From the NCBI GenBank assembly GCA_041496385.1, contig JBGQEL010000040.1:1-34193 (forward strand): a stretch of DNA of 34,193 nt, in the 5' to 3' direction. The DNA comes from Candidatus Methylomirabilia bacterium. GTDB taxonomy: Bacteria > Methylomirabilota > Methylomirabilia > Rokubacteriales > CSP1-6. The notes under the pieces are model-generated. The model saw nothing but the letters and a program-made list of their open reading frames with translations. It searched no databases and was not told the DNA's origin. The position numbers were made by a program, and so were the translations under genes. How positions within the stretch are numbered: the stretch's first letter is position 1; each line of letters starts with the position of its first letter. Of this stretch, positions 27,589 through 34,193 are shown piece by piece.

Positions 27589-28320
27589 ATGCGATGGGCA
27601 TTCGTCCTGGGCGTCGTTGCCTGCGTCCTTCTGGCCGCGTCGCCGGCCGTGGCGCAGTTCGATCAGCTCCTCAAGGGGCTGCCCTCGGTGCCTTCGCTGT
27701 CGCCGTCCGCCGCGCCGGGAGACGTGAAGATCGGCGCCGCCCTCAAGCAGGCCCTGCAGGTCGGGACCGAAAACGCCGTGAAACTCACGGGGAAACCCGA
27801 CGGCTACTTCATGAACCAGGCGATCAAGATCCTGATGCCCGAGCGCCTGCGGACGTTGGAGAAGGGCCTCCGCGCGGTCGGCTACGGCGGCGAGGTGGAC
27901 GAGTTCGTGCTGAGCATGAACCGCGCCGCCGAGCGCGCCGCGCCCACGGCGAAGCAGATCTTCTGGGACGCGATCGGCGAGATGACGATCGACGACGCGC
28001 GGCAGATCCTGGGTGGCGGTGACACGGCCGCCACCGAGTACTTCAAGGGCAAGACGACCGATCACCTGACCTCGGCGTTCCGGCCCGTGGTGGACAAAGC
28101 CATGGGCGAGGTCGGTGTGACCCGGCAGTACGAGGAGCTCGTCGGCCGCGCCAAGGCCATTCCGTTCTTCCGCACGGAGGACTACGAGCTCGACCATTAC
28201 GTGGTAGGCCGGGCGCTCGACGGCCTCTTTCACGTCGTCGGCGACGAGGAGCGCAAGATCCGGACGAGCCCCGCCGCCCGCGTCACGGACCTTCTGAAGG
28301 ACGTGTTCGGGAAGAAGTAG
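27589..28320 (+). CDS. DUF4197 family exported protein
   Basis: Signal peptide, LKQAL..G, DGYF...IKILMP, SMNRAAE, ATEYF, ALDGLF...EERKIR..P.AR..LLK.VFG. Confidence 0.88.
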   Translation: MRWAFVLGVVACVLLAASPAVAQFDQLLKGLPSVPSLSPSAAPGDVKIGAALKQALQVGTENAVKLTGKPDGYFMNQAIKILMPERLRTLEKGLRAVGYGGEVDEFVLSMNRAAERAAPTAKQIFWDAIGEMTIDDARQILGGGDTAATEYFKGKTTDHLTSAFRPVVDKAMGEVGVTRQYEELVGRAKAIPFFRTEDYELDHYVVGRALDGLFHVVGDEERKIRTSPAARVTDLLKDVFGKK

Positions 28321-28410
28321 ACGGTGTGATCATGGCGAGGCCCTTCGACTACGACCAGGGCGAGATCCATAGACAGCCCGTCGAGGACGTGATCGACCTG
28401 TTCCGCGCCG

Positions 28411-29292
28411 CTAGTCCACGTACTCGAACCAGAACGCGTCGCCGCGCGGCACGATGTGCCCGAGCGAGGGCGACGGAAAATGCGTGGCGCAGACGAGCAC
28501 GTTCGCCCCGCAGAAGCGCTCCAGGAACGCGCGGCGCGTCTTGCGCGCAAGCTCCGGATCGAAGTCGGCGCGCATGGCCCAGGCGGGCTCCAGACACTGG
28601 GCCGGCGTGTGGATCAGGTCGCCGGTGATGACCGCGTGGACGCCGTTCGACTTCAGGTGGACGCTCATGTGATCCGGCGTGTGGCCCGGCGTGGACTCGA
28701 GCCAGACCTCCTCGTCGAGCGCGAAGTCGTTGGCCACCAGGGCCGCGCGCCCCGCCTCCACGACGGGTAGCACGCTGTCCGGGAACCCCTCGTTCGGCCG
28801 CGCCTCCGGCTGCGTCGCCCAGTAGTCGAACTCCTTCTGCGAGAAGACGTACGTGGCGTTCGGGAACGTCGGCACCCAACGCCCGTCACGCAGCACGGTG
28901 TTCCAGCCGACGTGATCCCGGTGCAGGTGCGTGCACATGACGTAGTCGACCTGCTCGGGCCTGACGCCGGCGGCCGCGAGGTTCGCGAGCCACGCGCCGC
29001 TGCTGGTCAGGTTCCAGCGCGGCATGCTGCGCGGCTTGCCGTCGCCCACGCACGTGTCGACGACGATGGTGTGGTGGCGGGTCCGCACCAGGAAGGACTG
29101 GATCGCGAGAACCAGCTTGCCGGACACGGGGTCCATGGCGCGCGGCTGCATCCAGGCCTTGTGACGCTCCCAGTCCGCCGCCGTCGTCTCCGGGAAGAAT
29201 CCCAGCCGGTCGAAGAAGGGATCGGCCCCCTCGGTCTCGACGATCCGGTCGAGGACGATGCCGCCGATCCGGTGCTGGAGCATGGTCGTCAC
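28411..29292 (-). CDS. MBL-fold metallo-hydrolase
   Basis: THLHRDHVG (HxHxDH), TPGHTPDH, GDLIH, THF. Confidence 0.9.
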   Translation of the reverse strand: MTTMLQHRIGGIVLDRIVETEGADPFFDRLGFFPETTAADWERHKAWMQPRAMDPVSGKLVLAIQSFLVRTRHHTIVVDTCVGDGKPRSMPRWNLTSSGAWLANLAAAGVRPEQVDYVMCTHLHRDHVGWNTVLRDGRWVPTFPNATYVFSQKEFDYWATQPEARPNEGFPDSVLPVVEAGRAALVANDFALDEEVWLESTPGHTPDHMSVHLKSNGVHAVITGDLIHTPAQCLEPAWAMRADFDPELARKTRRAFLERFCGANVLVCATHFPSPSLGHIVPRGDAFWFEYVD

Positions 29293-30129
29293 CTATCCCT
29301 TGACGCCGCCCGCGCCCCAGCCGGCGATGAGGTAGCGCTGGACGGCCACGAAGAAGAGAAGCGCGGGGATCGTCACCATCACGCCGGCCGCCATGATGAG
29401 GCCCCAGTCCACGACCGCCATGTGGAAGAACTCGTTGATGCCGATGGCGAGCGTCTTGAGATCGTCCTTGCCGATGAGGACGAGCGCGAAGAGGAAATCG
29501 TTCCAGGCGACGATGAACGTGAAGATCGAGGTGGCGATGATGCCGGGCAGCGCCAGCGGCATCACGATGTAGGCGAGCGCCTGCGCGCGGTTGGCCCCAT
29601 CGATGAGCGCCGCGTGCTCGAGCTCGATCGGGATCGCCTGGAAGAACGCCCGCAAGATCCAGAGCGCGTAGGGCAGCGAGAAGGAGATGTAGGTCAGGGC
29701 GAGTCCGAGGAGCGAGTTGGTGAGCCCGAGCTCGCGGGCCAGCAGGAACAGCGGGACCAGCATGATGATCGGCGGAAACATGTAGGCCAGCAGCGTGAGC
29801 CGCGCGACGAGCCCGCGCCCCGGGAAGGCGTAGCGCGTGAGGCCGTAGGCGCCGACCACACCGGCCACGACGACGATGACGGTCGTCAGCGCGGCCACGA
29901 GGACGGTGTTCTGGAAGTAGGTCCAGAAGTTCGTCTCGTAGAAGAGCCGCCGGTAGGCGCGGAGCTCCCACTCGTGCGGCACGAACGTCGGCGGCGAGGC
30001 GAGCAGCTCGTGGCTCACCTTCAGGGACGAGACCAGCATCCAGTAGAGCGGGAACGCGCAGAAGACGAAGAGGCCGAGGCGGAGCCCCCAGGCCGCGCCG
30101 CCCGAGAGGACGCGCCTAGGCGCTGTCAT
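29293..30129 (-). CDS. Carbohydrate ABC transporter permease (MalG-like)
   Basis: FPLYWM, EAA-type loop ELEHAALIDGA, AWNDF, QRYLIAG...GVKG. Confidence 0.92.
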   Translation of the reverse strand: MTAPRRVLSGGAAWGLRLGLFVFCAFPLYWMLVSSLKVSHELLASPPTFVPHEWELRAYRRLFYETNFWTYFQNTVLVAALTTVIVVVAGVVGAYGLTRYAFPGRGLVARLTLLAYMFPPIIMLVPLFLLARELGLTNSLLGLALTYISFSLPYALWILRAFFQAIPIELEHAALIDGANRAQALAYIVMPLALPGIIATSIFTFIVAWNDFLFALVLIGKDDLKTLAIGINEFFHMAVVDWGLIMAAGVMVTIPALLFFVAVQRYLIAGWGAGGVKG

Positions 30130-31048
30130 TGTCCGACTCGGGCAGGAGCGCGATGAAGTAGATCGTGACCGCCATGAGCAGCATCGCCAGCATCACGTTC
30201 GAGAGCGCGGCGCCCATGCCGGCCTGGTAGTAGGTGAACGAGCGCTGGTAGGTGAAGACCGGCAGCGTCCGGATCGCCTCGCCCGCGCCCCCGCCGAAGC
30301 CGAGGAGCCACGGGACGTCGAACTTGGTGAACATCCAGATCCCGCGCAGGAGCAGCACGATCAGCAGGACGTTGCGGAGCTGCGGCAGCGTGACGTGGAC
30401 GAACTGCCGGACGGCCGAGGCGCCGTCGACCCTGGCCGCGTCGTAGAGCTCGGGCGGAATCGTCTGCAGGCGCGCGAGCACGTTGACGAGCACGAACGGA
30501 AAGAACGTCCACACCGAGAGCACGATGAGCACCCACATGATCGTCCCGTGGGTCAGCCACGCCTCGGGCATCCCCGGGATGTGGAGCGCGCCCAGCATAT
30601 ACGGGATCACGCCGTAGAGATCGTTCATGAGCCAGCGCCAGACGAAGACGGCGATCACCGTCGGGATCATGTAGGGAAACAGGGCGACCCCGCGCAGGAA
30701 GTCGCATCCCGGGAACCGCCGGTGCAGGATCAGCCCGCCGGCGACCCCGGTGACGATCTGAAGCCCCGTGCTCGCGACCGCGTAGACCGTGGCGAGCCAG
30801 ACGCTGCGCCAGAAGTCGGGATCGCCGAGGAGCTGGGTGTAGTTGCCCAGGCCGACCCAGGCGCTGGTGGCGCGAAGCGAGTGCTTGGCGAAGAAGCCGA
30901 GCCACACGTTGTAGCCGAGGGGGAACAGCGTGAAGGCGAAGACGAGCACCGCCGACGGCAGCAACAGCCCGAGGCCGATCAGGGCCTCGCGCCGGCGCCG
31001 GGAGACCCGGGCCGGCGCGAGGCTCAGCGTATCGGCGCGAACGCTCAT
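30116..31048 (-). CDS. Carbohydrate ABC transporter permease (MalF-like)
   Basis: VGLGNY, ELYDAARVDGAS, HVTLPQL. Confidence 0.92.
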   Translation of the reverse strand: MSVRADTLSLAPARVSRRRREALIGLGLLLPSAVLVFAFTLFPLGYNVWLGFFAKHSLRATSAWVGLGNYTQLLGDPDFWRSVWLATVYAVASTGLQIVTGVAGGLILHRRFPGCDFLRGVALFPYMIPTVIAVFVWRWLMNDLYGVIPYMLGALHIPGMPEAWLTHGTIMWVLIVLSVWTFFPFVLVNVLARLQTIPPELYDAARVDGASAVRQFVHVTLPQLRNVLLIVLLLRGIWMFTKFDVPWLLGFGGGAGEAIRTLPVFTYQRSFTYYQAGMGAALSNVMLAMLLMAVTIYFIALLPESDNDSA

Positions 31049-31066
31049 GCGAAGGCGCGCGGGCGC

Positions 31067-32464
31067 CTACTTGGCCTTGCCGATGATGTCCCGCGAGATC
31101 TTGTCGCTGGCTTCCTTCGCGGCCGCCTTCGGGTCCTTGCCCCGCTCCACGACCGCCATGACCATGTCGGCCAGGATCGGCGCGGCCGCGACGTCGCCGA
31201 TCCAGGGGATCAGCATGTCCTGCGCGTTGCACACGAGGAGCGGGTGCGCGCGCCCGATCTCGACCCACTTGAGCTGCGCGTCGAGCCACGGCTTCCAGCG
31301 CTTGCGCTCGGGATGGCCGAGGTAGCTCGCGTCCTTGAAGTCGTCCTTGAAGATCGACAGGAGGTGGACCGGCACCGAGTCGCAGTACCGCCGGTAGTTC
31401 TCCTTCTTGAAGAAGAACTTGAGGAACTCCTTCGCCGCGGCCTTCTCGTCGGCCGGCGCGTCGGCGTAGAAGACCCAGGGCTCGTTGTCGAACTGCGTGA
31501 GCGGCTGCTTGCCCTGCGGCCCGATGGTCTTGGGCCACATCTGGAAGATGTCCGCGTTCCGCTTGTCGGGCGGCGCGTACTGGTCGATGTAGCCCGCGGT
31601 GCGGCCCCACATGTAGGTCTGCGTCGCCTTGCCGTTCGCCCAGGCCGAGAGCGTCTCGAGATAGTCGTGGGAGGCCCACCCCGGCGGCATGAACGGCTTG
31701 AGCTTCTTCCAGAACTCGAGCATGCCCTGGACCGCCGGGCTGTCGAGCGCCGGGTTGCCCTTGTCGTCGAAGATGCTCCCGCCGTTCGACCCGGTGAACA
31801 TGTAGACGTCCTCGTTGACGAAGAACGGGATGCCGGCCATCGAGAGCGCGTAGTACTGGGGGGCCTTGTGGAGCTTCGGCAGATCGCGAAGCCAGTCGTC
31901 CCAGGTCTTCCAGGACTGTGGATTGACGCCCGCCGCCTGGGCGAGGTCCCCGCGGCCGCCAAGATTATCCGCGCCCCACGCGTGGGTGAGTCCCCAGTAC
32001 TTGCCGTCGGGATACTTGAGCCACCGCAGCACCGAGGGGAAGATCCGGTCCTCACCGATCGCCTTCACGAGGTCGTCGATCGGCTCGATGAGCCCCTTGG
32101 CCCGGAAGGAGGTCACCACGTAGGTCTGGGTATGAGAGGCGGTCGGCGGGCTCTTGGCCGCCATCGCGGCCTGGAGCTTGCGGTCCATGTCGCCCCAGCC
32201 CATACCCTCCGCGCGGATATCGATGTCCTTGTGGAGCTTCTGGAAGTCCTCGACGATCGCCTTCACGGCCGCACGCGTGGCCGGATTGGGCTCGGTGTCC
32301 CACATGGTGACGACGACCTTCTTCTGCGCGCCCGCGGGCCGGGCGCTGCCGGCCAGCGTGGCCGCCGCGGCGCCGGCGGCCGTGCCGCCGAGGCGCGCCA
32401 GGAACGCGCGCCGGCTCACGCTGCCCTCGCGGCGCTCGGTGACCAATCTCTTCAGATCATTCAT
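31067..32464 (-). CDS. ABC extracellular solute-binding protein with Tat signal
   Basis: SD AAGGAGG, twin-arginine motif SRRAFL, SBP family 1-like features (TWDDW). Upstream of two CUT1 permeases. Confidence 0.88.
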   Translation of the reverse strand: MNDLKRLVTERREGSVSRRAFLARLGGTAAGAAAATLAGSARPAGAQKKVVVTMWDTEPNPATRAAVKAIVEDFQKLHKDIDIRAEGMGWGDMDRKLQAAMAAKSPPTASHTQTYVVTSFRAKGLIEPIDDLVKAIGEDRIFPSVLRWLKYPDGKYWGLTHAWGADNLGGRGDLAQAAGVNPQSWKTWDDWLRDLPKLHKAPQYYALSMAGIPFFVNEDVYMFTGSNGGSIFDDKGNPALDSPAVQGMLEFWKKLKPFMPPGWASHDYLETLSAWANGKATQTYMWGRTAGYIDQYAPPDKRNADIFQMWPKTIGPQGKQPLTQFDNEPWVFYADAPADEKAAAKEFLKFFFKKENYRRYCDSVPVHLLSIFKDDFKDASYLGHPERKRWKPWLDAQLKWVEIGRAHPLLVCNAQDMLIPWIGDVAAAPILADMVMAVVERGKDPKAAAKEASDKISRDIIGKAK

Positions 32465-32635
32465 GACGCCCTCCTTTGGACGATCTCAGGGGACTACCGA
32501 GATTGCCGAAACTATAGTCAAGCGACCGGACCGCCACAAGCCCCACGGGCGGCGGGCCCCGGGGCCTATTTGCGATACTGCTCGCTCAGGTTCGGGAGCC
32601 ACACCTGCAGCGCGCGAGCCGGCATCGCGTCGGGC

Positions 32636-33508
32636 TCATCGGGACCGGCGCCGGGCCCGGAGCTTCGGGATGACGTCGGCGGCGATGCGCTCGAGGACCG
32701 TGAGCTGCTCGGGACGCGGCTGGTCGATGATGAACTCGTCGACGCCGACGGCGGCGTAGCGCTCCACGACGTCCTCGAAGGCGCCGACGCTCGACCAGGG
32801 ATCGGGCAGGCCCTGCTCGGCCATCTTGCTCGCCCAGCCGTAGAACGAGCGCGTGATGCTCGCGGGGTCGCGCCCGAGCGCCGCGCAGTGCGCGTCGAGG
32901 ATCTGGTTGCGCTCCCGCATCTCGGCGACCGTCCCGAAGGAGTTCCAGCGGTCGGCGAATTCGGCACAGATCCTGAGCATGCGCGTCCGATGCGCCCCGA
33001 GCGTGAGCGGCGGCCGAGGCTTCTGCACCGGGCCCGGTCGGAGGTGCGCATCCTTCAGCCGGTAGTAGCGTCCCGCGAAGGTCGCCGATCCGTGTCGCAG
33101 CAGCGCGTCGATGATCTGTATCGCCTCGTGGAACCGGCCGACCAGCTCGCCAGGCGGCGGGAAGCCGAGCCCGAACTGCTCGTGCTCGGGGACGAACCAG
33201 CCGGCGCCGAGCCCCAGCTCGAGGCGTCCGTTGGAGACATGATCGACTGTCATCGCCTCGTGGGCGAGGAGCGCCGGATGACGGAACGAGTTGCAGCTCA
33301 CGAGCACGCCGATGCGGATCCGCTCGGTCCGCGCCGCGAGCGCGGCCAGGAGCGTCCAGCCCTCGTAGAATGGCCCGGTCGGGCGGCTCGGCTGGTTGAA
33401 ATGGTCGCAGTCCCACGCGCTGTCGAAGCCGAGCCGCTCGAAGAGCTGCCAGCGCTCGACCAGCGTGGGCCAGGGGAGGTTCTGGTCAGTACAGAGGCCG
33501 AATCGCAT
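32636..33508 (-). CDS. LLM class flavin/F420-dependent oxidoreductase
   Basis: GFDSAWDCDHF, LAALAARTERIRIG, RHPALLA, TVDHVSNGRLELGLGAGW, PVQKPRPP. Confidence 0.9.
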   Translation of the reverse strand: MRFGLCTDQNLPWPTLVERWQLFERLGFDSAWDCDHFNQPSRPTGPFYEGWTLLAALAARTERIRIGVLVSCNSFRHPALLAHEAMTVDHVSNGRLELGLGAGWFVPEHEQFGLGFPPPGELVGRFHEAIQIIDALLRHGSATFAGRYYRLKDAHLRPGPVQKPRPPLTLGAHRTRMLRICAEFADRWNSFGTVAEMRERNQILDAHCAALGRDPASITRSFYGWASKMAEQGLPDPWSSVGAFEDVVERYAAVGVDEFIIDQPRPEQLTVLERIAADVIPKLRARRRSR

Positions 33509-33581
33509 GCGCCTGCGAGACTAGCAGCCTCCCGGCGCGCCCCGCCCGGAAATTTGGTCCGGGGCGGCTCGAGGATCTAAA

Positions 33582-34187
33582 GTGGATGCCATGGTCGACG
33601 CCAGCTCCCCAGCAGCCATACCCTCCACGACGCGCTGCGCGCGATGTCAGAGCGCGCTGGGTGAGAACGACCGCGTCCCCGCCCAGGACCGCTTCTTCTG
33701 CCGCTCCTGCTACGAGGTGCTCAAGCTCCAGCTCAGGCGCACCGTGGGCGCCATGTCCGAGGACGTCAACTACCCGATGGCGCTGGCGGGCGCGGTCCTC
33801 GGCGGGGTCGCGGGCGCGCTGGTCTGGTGGGGGTTCACCGTGCTGACGCACATCGGCCTGGGCCTCGTCGCGGTGGTGATCGGGTTCCTCGTCGGTCACG
33901 GCGCCGTCCGCGGCGCGGGCGGCAAGCGGAGCGTGGGCCTGCAGGCGCTCTCGGTCGCCGTGGGAGCGATAGCTTTCCTGGTCGCGGCGTACCTGGTCAA
34001 CATGACGTTCATCAACCAGGCGCTCGCCCAGCGGGGCCAGGCGTTCCGCGTGCCGTTCCCGCCGGCGAACGTCGCCCTCTTCTACAAGGTCCTCGCGGCG
34101 AACTTCGGCGTGATGAAGTTCGTGTTCCTGGCGATCGTGGTGTACGAGGCCTGGATCATCCCGCGGCCGGTGAAGCTCCCCGCGTGA
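33582..34187 (+). CDS. Hypothetical membrane protein with N-terminal Zn-ribbon (alternative start ATG at 33591)
   Basis: CARC-x13-CRSC followed by about four Gly-rich hydrophobic helices. Confidence 0.75.
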   Translation: MDAMVDASSPAAIPSTTRCARCQSALGENDRVPAQDRFFCRSCYEVLKLQLRRTVGAMSEDVNYPMALAGAVLGGVAGALVWWGFTVLTHIGLGLVAVVIGFLVGHGAVRGAGGKRSVGLQALSVAVGAIAFLVAAYLVNMTFINQALAQRGQAFRVPFPPANVALFYKVLAANFGVMKFVFLAIVVYEAWIIPRPVKLPA

Positions 34188-34193
34188 CCGAGG

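Noticed and set aside
30395..33580. Very long antisense or alternative-frame ORFs (for example 30395-33580, 11333-13930, 17822-19918, 25263-27314)
   Set aside because: These are shadow ORFs caused by stop-codon scarcity at high GC. They overlap well-supported genes and have no recognisable motifs.
1..34193. CRISPR arrays, tRNA/rRNA genes, IS elements, prophage or defence genes
   Set aside because: No regularly spaced repeats, RNA-gene signatures, or transposase/integrase/nuclease motifs were seen, and almost all sequence is accounted for by CDSs.

Overview
Very GC-rich (roughly 70% by eye), gene-dense bacterial chromosomal segment with about 33 intact CDSs and 3 apparent pseudogenes. I saw no rRNA, tRNA, CRISPR array, integrase or transposase. 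The GC content and the abundance of TTT/TRAP transporters and amidohydrolases resemble Candidatus Rokubacteria (Methylomirabilota); this is an inference only. Gene order: ilvD (partial), SAM methyltransferase, queG, VOC protein; broken tctC and broken ACMSD-like amidohydrolase, then intact tctB-tctA-tctC; def, receiver-like protein, ferritin-like diiron protein, SirB1-like protein, M48/TPR protease; a minus-strand catabolic run (TAXI-TRAP, ThDP enzyme, amidohydrolase, 31-aa membrane peptide, TerC, UbiD, acyl-CoA ligase) with a divergent Asp/Glu-racemase-family gene; short mutY, deleted SDR, mutT; an unknown secreted protein, ygfZ-like, YyaL/SSP411, DUF4197; LLM, sugar-type ABC (no ATPase), MBL hydrolase; and a Zn-ribbon membrane protein. 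Most notable: (i) an unannotated module before terC made of a start-less ORF ending PRSPEDH*, an anti-Shine-Dalgarno structure and a 31-aa membrane peptide, possibly a leader-peptide attenuator; (ii) a recurring TANNNT box 6-10 nt before start codons that mostly lack an SD, suggesting widespread leaderless mRNAs; (iii) several genes with clean internal deletions; (iv) a receiver-like gene that appears to start at ACG; (v) a cluster combining several decarboxylase-type chemistries.
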